A DNA stretch of 64,000 bases from the human T2T-CHM13v2.0 reference genome, Homo sapiens. The position numbers were made by a program, and so were the translations under genes. Under the pieces are notes generated by a model. It made no database searches. It had not been told where the DNA came from and was given only the letters and a program-made list of their open reading frames with translations. The DNA lies in the NCBI RefSeq assembly GCF_009914755.1, contig NC_060948.1. One strand, 5' to 3'. Shown here piece after piece: positions 39,201 to 52,900 of the stretch. Position 1 is the stretch's first letter, and every line of letters starts with the position of its first letter.

Positions 39201-42200
39201 GTAAGGTAATGATCTCGAATGTAATTGACTGGAATGGAATGTACATGAACGGAATGTAATCGAATGGAAAGTAATCCAATGGAATAGAATCTAATGCAAT
39301 GAAATCGACTCAGATAGAGTAGAATGTAATGGAATGGAGTGCAGTGCAATGGAATGGAATGGAATGGAATGCAATGGAATGGAATGGAATGGAATGGAAT
39401 GGAATGGAATGGGATGGAATGGTATGGAATGGATAGTAATGAACTGGAGTGAAATGGACTGGAAAGGAATGGACCCAAATTGAAAGGGCTCGAAAGGAAT
39501 GGAGTCAAATGGAATGGTCTGGAATGGAATGAACACGAATGTAATGCAATCCAATAGAATGGAATCGAATGGCATGGAATATAAAGAAATGGAATCGAAG
39601 AGAATGGAAACAAATGGAATGGAATTGAATGGAATGGAATTGAATGGAATGGGAACGAATGGAGTGAAATTGTATGCAGTAGAAGAGAATAGAATGGAAT
39701 GCAAGCGAAAGGAAAGGAATGGATTGGAATGGAATGGAATTCATTGGAATGGAAGGGAATGTAGTGTAATGGACAGGCCTGGAATAAAGTGGAATGCTAC
39801 GGTCTCGAATGGAATAAAAATGTATGGAATGGAATGCAATGAAACGGAATCGAATGTCATAGAATGTAATGGAATGCAAAAAAATGGACTCCAAAATCAT
39901 TGACTGGAAAGGCTGGGTGTCGAAAGGAATTGACTCCAATGGAATGGAATCGAATGGAATGGAAGTGAAGAGAATCGAACTAAATCGAATGGAATGGAAT
40001 TGATAGGAACGGAATGGAAAGGAATGCAATGATTTGGCATGGAATGGAATCGAATGGCATCGAATGGAATGGAATGGAATGCAATGGAATGGAATGTATT
40101 AGAATGTAATGAACTTTAATGGAATGTACTCGAATGGATTCGACTGGAATGGAATGTTCTGGAAGTGAATGGACTCCAATAGAATGGATTCAAAAGGAAT
40201 GGAATCTTACGGAATGGAATCTAATGGAATGGAATTAAATGGAAATGAATAAAATTGAATAGCACGGAATTGAATTGAATGGAATCGAATGCAATGGTAT
40301 CTAATGAAACGGAAAGGAAAGGAATGGAATGGAATGGAATGGGCTGGAATGGAAAGGAATCGAAACGAATGGAATGGAATCGAACTGAAGAGACTGGAAT
40401 GGAATGCACTGGAATGGAAGGGAGTGTAATGGAAAGTTCTCGACAAAAATGGAATCGAATGGAATGGAATTGAATGGAACGGAATAGAGTCGAATGGAAT
40501 TGAATGGAATGGAATGGACTAGAGTGAAATGGAATCGAACCACAAGGAATGGACAGGAATAGAATGGTCTCGAATTGAATGGAATCCTATGGAATGGCAT
40601 CAAACGGAATGGAATGGACAGCCACGGAATGGAATGCACTTGAATGCAATGGAGTCGAAACTAATGGACTGGAATAGAATGGACTCGACTGGTACGGACT
40701 CCAATGGAATGGAATCGAATGGAAGGGAATCAAACGGAATGGACTCGAAGGGAAAAGACTGCAATGGAAAGGTCTCGAAAGGAGTGGAAATTAATGGAAT
40801 GGAATGGAATCGAATGAAATGGAGTCAAAAGGAATGGAATCGAATGGCAAGAAATCAAATGTAATGGAATCGCAAGGAATTGATGTGAACGGAACGGAAT
40901 GGAATGGAATCCAAAGAAATGGAATAGAATGGAATGGAATCGAATGGAAAGGACTCGAATGGAAATCACTCGAATAGAATGCAATTTCATAAAATAGGAT
41001 CATATGTAATGGAATGGAATGGAAAGGAATTGAAACGAAAGGAATGGAGACAGATGGAATGGAATGGAACAGAGAGCAATGGTATAGAATGGAATGGACT
41101 CATCTGGAATGGAATTGAATGGAATGGAATAATATGAAATGGAATGGAATGGAATGGAATGCCCTTGAATTAAATGGAATGGAATGGAATGGACTCGAAC
41201 AGAGTGGAATGGAAAGTGTTGAAATAGAATGGAATCGACTCCTTTGGAATGGTCTAGTATGCAATGCAATCGACTGGCAGGGAATCAAAAGGAATGTAAT
41301 CGAATGGATTGGACTGGAATGCAATGGATTCGAATAGATTGGAAACGGAATGCAAAGGAATGGAATGGAATAGTATGGAATGGAATGGAAGGGAATGGAG
41401 TGGAATAGACTAGAGTGGAATGGAATGGACTGGAAAGCAATGGACTGGAATGGAACTTTCTTGAATGGACTGGAATCAAACGGAATGGAATGCAATGCAA
41501 TCAAATGGCATGGAATAAAATAGAATGAAAGAGAATCAAATGGAATTGAATCGAATGGAATCGAATGGATTGGAAAGGAATAGAATGGAATGGAATGGAA
41601 TTGACTCAAATGGAATGGACAAGAATGGAATGGATTCGAATGGAAGGCAAAGGAATGAAATCTATTGGAATGGAATGTAATGGAATGGAATGGAAGGGAT
41701 TGGAATGGACTCGAATGGAATGGACTGCAATAGAAAGGATTCGAATGGAATGAAAAAGAATTGAATGGAATAGAACAGAATGGAATCAAATCGAATGAAA
41801 TGGAATGGAATAGAAAGGAATGGAATGAAATGGAATGGAAAGGATTCGAATGGAATGCAATCGAATGGAATGGAATCGAACGGAATGGAATAAAATGGAA
41901 GAAAACTGGTAAGAAATGGAATCGAAATGAATGGAGTGTTATGGAACGGACTCAAAAGGAATTGAATGTAATAGAATGGAGTGGAGTGGAGTCGAATACA
42001 ATGGACTGGAATGGAATGAAATCACATGGAAAGGGAACGAATGGAATGGAATGGAAAGGAATGGAATCGAATGGAAAGGAATCGAATGGAAGGGAATGAA
42101 ATTGAATCAACAGGAATGGAAGGGAATAGAATAGACGGTAATGGAATGGACTCGAATAGAATGGACACGAATGCTCAAATTGAATGGACTCGAATGGAAT

Positions 42201-45200
42201 GGAAACGAAAGGAATGTCATCGAATGGAATTGAATCGATTGGAATGAAATCACATAGAATGGAGTGGAATCAAATGGAATTGAATCGAAAGGAAAGGAAG
42301 CGAATGGACTGAAATGAAATGGAATGGAATTGAATGGAAAGTAATGCAATGGAATAGAATGGAACGAAATTTCACGGAATGCAATCAAACTGAATGGAAT
42401 CAAATCAATGGAATATAATCAAATGGAATGGAAAGGAATTGAATGGAGTAGATTGGATTGGATGGGATTGGAATGAAATGTACTGGAAAGGACTCGAATT
42501 TCATGAAACGGAATGGAATGAATTGGAACGGAATGGACTCGAATGGAATGGAATGTCATGGAAAGGCATCAAATGGAATGGAATCGAATGCAATGGAATG
42601 CTATGGAATGGAATGGAATGCATTGGAATGGAATGTCCTCTAATGGAATGGATTCGAGTGGAATGGAATCGAATATAATGGAGTCGAATAAAATGGAATT
42701 GAAAGGAATGGGATCGAATACAATGGAATATACTGGAATGTAATGTAATGAACTCGAATGTAATTGACTGGAATGGAATGTACATGAATGGAATGTAATC
42801 GAATGGAAAGTAATCCAATGGAATAGAATCTAATGCAATAAAATCGACTCAGATAGAGTAGAATGTAATAGAATGGAGCGCAGTGCAATGGAATGGAATG
42901 GAATGGAATGCAATGGAATGGAATGGAATGGAATGGGATGGAATGGAATGGAATGGAATGGAATGGGATGGAATGGTATGGAATGGATAGTAATGGAATG
43001 GAGTGAAATGGACTGGAAAGGAATGGACTCAAATTGAAAGGGCTCGAAAGGAATGGAGTCAAATGGAATGGTCTGGAATGGAATGAACACGAATGTAATG
43101 CAATCCAATAGAATGGAATCGAATGGCATGGAATATAAAGAAATGGAATCGAAGAGAATGGAAACAAATGGAATGGAATTGAATGGAATGGAATTGAATG
43201 GAATGGGAACGAATGGAGTGAAATTGTATGCAGTAGAAGAGAATAGAATGGAATGCAAGCGAAAGGAAAGGAATGGATTGGAATGGAATGGAATTCATTG
43301 GAATGGAAGGGAATGTGGTGTAATGGACAGGCCTGGAATAAAGTGGAATGCTACGGTCTCGAATGGAATAAAAATGTATGGAATGGAATGCAATGAAACG
43401 GAATCGAATGTCATAGAATGTAATGGAATGCAAAAAAATGGACTCCAAAATCATTGACTGGAAAGGCTGGGTGTCGAAAGGAATTGACTCCAATGGAATG
43501 GAATCGAATGGAATGGAAGTGAATAGAATCGAACTAAATCGAATGGAATGGAATAGATAGGAACGGAATGGAAAGGAATGCAATGATTTGGCATGGAATG
43601 GAATCGAATGGCATCGAATGGAATGGAATGGAATGCAATGGAATGGAATGTATTAGAATGTAATGAACTTTAATGGAATGTACTCGAATGGATTCGACTG
43701 GAATGGAATGTTCTGGAAGTGAATGGACTCCAATGGAATGGATTCAAAAGGAATGGAATCGTACGGAATGGAATCTAATGGAATGGAATTAAATGGAAAT
43801 GAATCAAATTGAATAGCACGGAATTGAATTGAATGGAATCGAATGCAATGGAATCTAATGAAACGGAAAGGAAAGGAATGGAATGGAATGGCATGGGCTG
43901 GAATGGAAAGGAATCGAAACGAATGGAATGGAATCGAACTGAAGAGACTGGAATGGAATGCACTGGAATGGAAGGGAGTGTAATGGAAGGTTCTCGAAAA
44001 AAATGGAATCGAATGGAATGGAATTGAATGGAACGGAATAGAGTCGAATGGAATTGAATGGAATGGAATGGACTAGAGTGAAATGGAATCGAACCACAAG
44101 GAATGGACAGGAATAGAATGGTCTCGAATTGAATGGAATCGTATGGAATGGCATCAAACGGAATGGAATGGACAGCCACGGAATGGAATGCACTTGAATG
44201 CAATGGAGTCGAAACTAATGGACTGGAATAGAATGGACTCGACTGGTACGGACTCCAATGGAATGGAATCGAATGGAAGGGAATCGAACGGAATGGACTC
44301 GAAGGGAAAAGACTGCAATGGAAAGGTCTCGAATGGAATGGAAATTAATGGAATGGAATGGAATCGAATGAAATGCAGTCAAAAGGAATGGAATCGAATG
44401 GCAAGAAATCGAATGTAATGGAATCGCAAGGAATGGATGTGAACGGAACGGAATGGAATGGAATCCAAAGGAATGGAATAGAATGGAATGGAATCGAATG
44501 GAAAGGACTCGAATGGAAATCACTCGAATAGAATGCAATTTAATAAAATAGGATCAAATGGAATGGAATGGGATGGAAAGGAATCGAAACGAAAGGAATG
44601 GAGACAGATGGAATGGAATGGAACAGAGAGCAATGGTATAGAATGGAATGGAATCATCTGGAATGGAATTGAATGGAATGGAATAATATGAAATGGAATG
44701 GAATGGAATGGAATGCCCTTGAATTAAATGGACTGGAATGGAATGGACTCGAACAGAGTGGAATGGAAAGTGTTGAGATAGAATGCAATGGACTCCTTTG
44801 GAATGGTGTAGTATGCAATGCAATCGACTGGCAGGGAATCAAAAGGAATGTAATGGAATGGATTGGACTGGAATGCAATGGACTCGAATAGATTGGAGAC
44901 GGAATGCAAAGGATTGGAATGGAATAGTATGGAATGGAATGGAAAGGAATGGAGTGGAATAGACTAGAGTGGAATGGAATGGACTGGAAAGCAATGGACT
45001 GGAATGGAACTTTCTTGAATGGACTGGAATCAAACGGAATGGAATGCAATGCAATCAAATGGCATGGAATAAAATAGAATGAAAGAGAATCAAATGGAAT
45101 TGAATCGAATGGAATCGAATGGATTGGAAAGGAATAGAATGGAATGGAATGGAATTGACTCAAATGGAATGGATTCGAATGGAAGACAAAGGAATGGAAT

Positions 45201-46983
45201 CTATTGGAATGGACTGTAATGGAATGGAATGGAAGGGATTGGAATGGACTCGAATGGAATGGACTGCAATAGAAAGGATTCGAATGGAATGAAAAAGAAT
45301 TGAATGGAATAGAACAGAATGGAATCAAATCGAATGAAATGGAATGGAATAGAAAGGAATGGAATGAAATGGAATGGAAAGGATTCGAATGGAATGCAAT
45401 CGAATGGAATGGAATCGAACGGAATGGAATAAAATGGAAGAAAACTGGCAAGAAATGGAATCGAAATGAATGGAGTGTTATGGAACGGACTCAAAAGGAA
45501 TTGAATGTAATAGAATGGAGTGGAGTGGACTCGAATATAATGGACTGGAATGGAATGAAATCACATGGAAAGGGAACGAATGGAATGGAATGGAAAGGAA
45601 TGGAATCGAATGGAAAGGAATCGAATGGAAGGGAATGAAATTGAATCAACAGGAATGGAAGGGAATAGAATAGACGGTAATGGAATGGACTCGAATAGAA
45701 TGGACACGAACGCTCAAATTGAATAGACTCGAATGGAATGGAAACGAAAGGAATGTCATCGAATGGAATTGAATCGATTGGAATGAAATCGCATAGAATG
45801 GAGTGGAATCAAATGGAATTGAATCGAAAGGAAAGGAAGCGAATGGACTGAAATGAAATGGAATGGAATTGAATGGAAAGTAATGCAATGGAATAGAATG
45901 GAACGAAATTTCACGGAATGGAATCAAACTGAATGGAATCAAATCAATGGAATATAATCAAATGGAATGGAAAGGAATTGAATGGAGTAGATTGGATTGG
46001 ATGGGATTGGAATGAAATGTACTGGAAAGGATTCGAATTTCATGAAACGGAATGGAATGAATTGGAACGGAATGGACTCGAATGGAATGGAATGTCATGG
46101 AAAGGCATCAAATGGAATGGAATCGAATGCAATGGAATGGTATGGAATGGAATGGAATGCATTGGAATGGAATGTCCTCTAATGGAATGGATTCGAGTGG
46201 AATGGAATCGAATATAATGGAGTCGAATAAAATGGAATTGAAAGGAATGGGATCGAATACAATGGAATATACTGGAATGTAATGTAATGAACTCGAATGT
46301 AATTGACTGGAATGGAATGTACATGAATGGAATGTAATCGAATGGAAAGTAATCCAATGGAATAGAATCTAATGCAATAAAATCGACTCAGATAGAGTAG
46401 AATGTAACAGAATGGAGTGCAGTGCAATGGAATGGAATGGAATGGAATGCAATGGAATGGAATGGAATGGAATGGAATGGAATGGAATGGGATGGAATGG
46501 TATGGAATGGATAGTAATGGACTGGAGTGAAATGGACTGGAAAGGAATGGACTCAAATTGAAAGGGCTCGAAAGGAATGGAGTCAAATGGAATGGTCTGG
46601 AATGGAATGAACACGAATGTAATGCAATCCAATAGAATGGAATCGAATGGCATGGAATATAAAGAAATGGAATCGAAGAGAATGGAAACAAATGGAATGG
46701 AATTGAATGGAATGGAATTGAATGGAATGGGAACGAATGCAGTGAAATTGTATGCAGTAGAAGAGAATAGAATGGAATGCAAGCGAAAGGAAAGGAATGG
46801 ATTGGAATGGAATGGAATTCATTGGAATGGAAGGGAATGTAGTGTAATGGACAGGCCTGGAATAAAGTGGAATGCTACGGTCTCGAATGGAATAAAAATG
46901 TATGGAATGGAATGCAATGAAACGGAATCGAATGTCATAGAATGTAATGGAATGCAAAAAAATGGAATCCAAAATCATTGACT

Positions 46984-49900
46984 GGAAAGGCTGGGTGTCG
47001 AAAGGGATTGACTCCAATGGAATGGAATCGAATGGAATGGAAGTGAATAGAATCGAACTAAATCGAATGGAATGGAATTGATAGGAACGGAATGGAAAGG
47101 AATGCAATCATTTGGCATGGAATGGAATCGAATGGCATCGAATGGAATGGAATGGAATGCAATGGAATGGAATGTATTAGAATGTAATGAACTTTAATGG
47201 AATGTACTCGAATGGATTCGACTGGAATGGAATGTTCTGGACGTGAATGGACTCCAATGGAATGGATTCAAAAGGAATGGAATCTTACGGAATGGAATCT
47301 AATGGAATGGAATTAAATGGAAATGAATCAAATTGAATAGCACGGAATTGAATTGAATGGAATCGAATGCAATGGTATCTAATGAAACGGAAAGGAAAGG
47401 AATGGAATGGAATGGAATGGGCTGGAATGGAAAGGAATCGAAACGAATGGAATGGAATCGAACTGAAGAGACTGGAATGGAATGCACTTTAATGGAAGGG
47501 AGTGTAATGGAAGGTTCTCGACAAAAATGGAATCGAATGGAATGGAATTGAATGGAACGGAATAGAGTCGAATGGATTTGAATGGAATGGAATGGACTAC
47601 AGTGAAATGGAATCGAACCACAAGTAATGGACAGGTATAGAATGGTCTCGAATTGAATGGAATCGTATGGAATGGCATCAAACGGAATGGAATGGACAGC
47701 CACGGAATGGAATGCACTCGAATGCAATGGAGTCGAAACTAATGGACTGGAATAGAATGGACTCGACTGGTACGGACTCCAATGGAATGGAATCGAATGC
47801 AAGGGAATCGAACGGAATGGACTCGAAGGGAAAAGACTGCAATGGAAAGGTCTCGAATGGAATGGAAATTAATGGAATGGAATGGAATCGAATGAAATGG
47901 AGTCAAAAGGAATGGAATCGAATGGCAAGAAATCGAATGTAATGGAATCGCAAGGAATTGATGTGAACGGAACGGAATGGAATGGAATCCAAAGGAATGG
48001 AATAGAATGGAATGGAATCGAATGGAAAGGGCTCGAATGGAAATCACTCGAATAGAATGCAATTTAATAAAATAGGATCAAATGTAATGGAATGGAATTG
48101 AAAGGAATCGAAAGGAAAGGAATGGAGACAGATGGAATGGAATGGAACAGAGAGCAATGGTATAGAATGGAATGGAATCATCTGGAATGGAATTGAATGG
48201 AATGGAATAATATGAAATGGAATGGAATGGAATGGAATGCCCTTGAATTAAATGGACTGGAATGGAATGGATTCGAATAGAGTGGAATGGAAAGTTTTGA
48301 GATAGAATGGAATGGACCCCTTTGGAATGGTCTAGTATGCAATGCAATCGACTGGCAGGGAATCAAAAGGAATGTAATCGAATGGATTGGACTGGAATGC
48401 AATGGACTCGAATAGATTGGAAACGGAATGCAAAGGAATGGAATGGAATAGTATGGAATGGAATGGAAAGGAATGGAGTGGAATAGACTAGAGTGGAATG
48501 GAATGGACTGGAAAGCAATGGACTGGAATGGAACTTTCTTGAATGGACTGGAATCAAACGGAATGGAATGCAATGCAATCAAATGGCATGGAATAAAATA
48601 GAATGAAAGAGAATCAAATGGAATTGAATCGAATGGAATCGAATGGATTGGAAAGGAATAGAATGGAATGGAATGGAATTGACTGAAATGGAATGGACTA
48701 GAATGGAATGGATTCGAATGGAAGGCAAAGGAATGGAATCTATTGGAATGGACTGTAATGGAATGGAATGGAAGGGATTGGAATGGACTCGAATGGAATG
48801 GACTGCAATAGAAAGGATTCGAATGGAATGAAAAAGAATTGAATGGAATAGAACAGAATGGAATCAAATCGAATGAAATGGAATGGAATAGAAAGGAATG
48901 GAATGAAATGGAATGGAAAGGATTCGAATGGAATGCAATCGAATGGAATGGAATCGAACGGAATGGAATAAAATGGAAGAAAACTGGCAAGAAATGGAAT
49001 CGAAATGAATGGAGTGTTATGGAACGGACTCAAAAGGAATTGAATGTAATAGAATGGAGTGGAGTGGACTCGAATATAATGGACTGGAATGGAATGAAAT
49101 CACATGGAATGGGAACGAATGGAATGGAATGGAAAGGAATGGAATCGAATGGAAAGGAATCGAATGGAAGGGAATGAAATTGAATCAACAGGAATGGAAG
49201 GGAATAGAATAGACGGTAATGGAATGGACTCGAATAGAATGGACACGAATGCTCAAATTGAATGGACTCGAATGGAATGGAAACGAAAGGAATGTCATCG
49301 AATGGAATTGAATCGATTGGAATGAAATCGCATAGAATGGAGTGGAATCAAATGGAATTGAATCGAAAGGAAAGGAAGCGAATGGACTGAAATGAAATGG
49401 AATGGAATTGAATGGAAAGTAGTGCAATGGAATAGAATGGAACGAAATTTCACGGAATGGAAAGAAACTGAAAGGAATCAAATCAATGGAATATAATCAA
49501 ATGGAATGGAAAGGAATTGAATGGAGTAGATTGGATTGGATGGGATTGGAATGAAATGTACTGGAAAGGACTCGAATTTCATGAAACGGAATGGAATGAA
49601 TTGGAACGGAATGGACTCGAATGGAATGGAATGTCATGGAATGGCATCAAATGGAATGACATCAAATGGAATGGAATCGAATGCAATGGAATGCTCTGGA
49701 ATGGAATGGAATGCGTTGGAATGGAATGTCCTCTAATGGAATGGATTCGAGTGGAATGGAATCGAATATAATGGAGTCGAATGAAATGGAATTGAAAGGA
49801 ATGGGATCGAATACAATGGAATATACTGGAATGTAATGTAATGAACTCGAATGTAATTGACTGGAATGGAATGTACATGAATGGAATGTAATCGAATGGA

Positions 49901-52900
49901 AAGTAATCCAATGGAATAGAATCTACTGCAATAAAATCGACTCAGATAGAGTAGAATGTAATGGAATGGAGTGCAGTGCAATGGAATGGAATGGAATGGA
50001 ATGCAATGGAATGGAATGGAATGGAATGGAATGGAATGGAATGGAATGGGATGGAATGGTATGGAATGGATAGTAATGGACTGGAGTGAAATGGACTGGA
50101 AAAGAATGGACTCAAATTGAAAGGGCTCGAAAGGAATGGAGTCAAATGGAATGGTCTAGGAATGGAATGAACACGAATGTAAGGCAATCCAATAGAATGG
50201 AATCGAATGGCATGGAATATAAAGAAATGGTATCAAAGAGAATGGAAACAAATGGAATGGAATTGAATGGAATGGAATTGAATGGAATGGGAACGAATGG
50301 AGTGAAATTGTATGCAGTAGAAGAGAATAGAATGGAATGCAAGTGAAAGGAAAGGAATGGATTGGAATGGAATGGAATTCATTGGAATGGAAGGGAATGT
50401 AGTGTAATGGACAGGCCTGGAATAAAGTGGAATGCTACGGTCTCGAATGGAATAAAAATGTATGGAATGGAATGCAATGAAACGGAATCGAATGTCATAG
50501 AATGTAATGGAATGCAAAAAAATGGAATCCAAAATCATTGACTGGAAAGGCTGGGTGTCGAAAGGAATTGACTCCAATGGAATGGAATCGAATGGAATGG
50601 AAGTGAATAGAATCGAACTAAATCGAATGGAATGGAATTGATAGGAACGGAATGGAAAGGAATGCAATGATGTGGCATGGAATGGAATCGAATGGCATCG
50701 AATGGAATGGAATGGAATGCAATGGAATGGAGTGTATTAAAATGTAATGAACATTAATGGAATGTACTCAAATGGATTCGACTGGAATGGAATGTTCTGG
50801 AAGTGAATGGACTCCAATGGAATGGATTCAAAAGGAATGGAATCGTACGGAATGGAATCTAATGGAATGGAATTAAATGGAAATGAATCAAATTGAATAG
50901 CACGGAATTGAATTGAATGGAATCGAATGCAATGGAATCTAATGAAACGGAAAGGAAAAGAATGGAATGGAATGGAATGGGCTGGAATGGAAAGGAATCG
51001 AAACGAATGGAATGGAATCGAACTGAAGAGACTGGAATGGAATGCACTGGAATGGAAGGGAGTGTAATGGAAGGTTCTCGACAAAAATGGAATCGAATGG
51101 AATGGAATTGAATGGAACGGAATAGAGTCGAATGGAATTGAATGGAATGGAATGGACTAGAGTGAAATGGAATCGAACCACAAGGAATGGACAGGAATAG
51201 AATGGTCTCGAATTGAATGGAATCGTATGGAATGGCATCAAACGGAATGGAATGGACAGCCACGGAATGGAATGCACTCGAATGCAATGGAGTCGAAACT
51301 AATGGACTGGAATAGAATGGACTCGACTGGTACGGACTCCAATGGAATGGAATCGAATGGAAGGGAATCGAACGGAATGGACTCGAAGGGAAAAGACTGC
51401 AATGGAAAGGTCTCGAATTGAATGGAAATTAATGGAATGGAATGGAATCGAATGAAATGGAGTCAAAAGGAATGGAATCGAATGGCAAGAAATCGAATGT
51501 AATGGAATCGCAAGGAATTGATGTGAACGGAACGGAATGGAATGGAATCCAAAGGAATGGAATAGAATGGAATGGAATCGAATGGAAAGGGCTCGAATGG
51601 AAATCACTCGAATAGAATGCAATTTAATAAAATAGGATCAAATGTAATGGAATGGAATGGAAAGGAATCGAAAGGAAAGGAATGGAGACAGATGGAATGG
51701 AATGGAACAGAGAGCAATGGTATAGAATGGAATGGAATCATCTGGAATGGAATTGAATGGAATGGAATAATATGAAATGGAATGGAATGGAATGGAATGC
51801 CCTTGAATTAAATGGACTGGAATGGAATGGATTCGAATAGAGTGGAATGGAAAGTTTTGAGATAGAATGGAATGGACCCCTTTGGAATGGTCTAGTATGC
51901 AATGCAATCGACTGGCAGGGAATCAAAAGGAATGTAATCGAATGGATTGGACTGGAATGCAATGGACTCGAATAGATTGGAAACGGAATGCAAAGGAATG
52001 GAATGGAATAGTATGGAATGGAATGGAAAGGAATGGAGTGGAATAGACTAGAGTGGAATGGAATGGACTGGAAAGCAATGGACTGGAATGGAACTTTCTT
52101 GAATGGACTGGAATCAAACGGAATGGAATGCAATGCAATCAAATGGCATGGAATAAAATAGAATGAAAGAGAATCAAATGGAATTGAATCGAATGGAATC
52201 GAATGGATTGGAAAGGAATAGAATGGAATGGAATGGAATTGACTGAAATGGAATGGACTAGAATGGAATGGATTCGAATGGAAGGCAAAGGAATGGAATC
52301 TATTGGAATGGACTGTAATGGAATGGAATGGAAGGGATTGGAATGGACTCGAATGGAATGGACTGCAATAGAAAGGATTCGAATGGAATGAAAAAGAATT
52401 GAATGGAATAGAACAGAATGGAATCAAATCGAATGAAATGGAATGGAATAGAAAGGAATGGAATGAAATAGAATGGAAAGGATTCGAATGGAATGCAATC
52501 GAATGGAATGGAATCGAACGGAATGGAATAAAATGGAAGAAAACTGGCAAGAAATGGAATCGAAATGAATGGAGTGTTATGGAACGGACTCAAAAGGAAT
52601 TGAATGTAATAGAATGGAGTGGAGTGGACTCGAATATAATGGACTGGAATGGAATGAAATCACATGGAATGGGAACGAATGGAATGGAATGGAAAGGAAT
52701 GGAATCGAATGGAAAGGAATCGAATGGAAGGGAATGAAATTGAATCAACAGGAATGGAAGGGAATAGAATAGACGGTAATGGAATGGACTCGAATAGAAT
52801 GGACACGAATGCTCAAATTAAATGGACTCGAATGGAATGGAAACGAAAGGAATGTCATCGAATGGAATTGAATCGATTGGAATGAAATCGCATAGAATGG

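Larger units (their letters stand above)
25740..46983 (+). repeat. 6-unit 21,244-bp higher-order block, copy 1
   Basis: Unit-length series 3560-3560-3493-3553-3554-3524 sums to 21,244. Private SNVs and indels recur at exactly +21,244. The left boundary lies between the mismatch near 25723 (GACTCC vs GAATCC) and the shared variant at ~25762 (GGGATTG). Confidence 0.92.
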
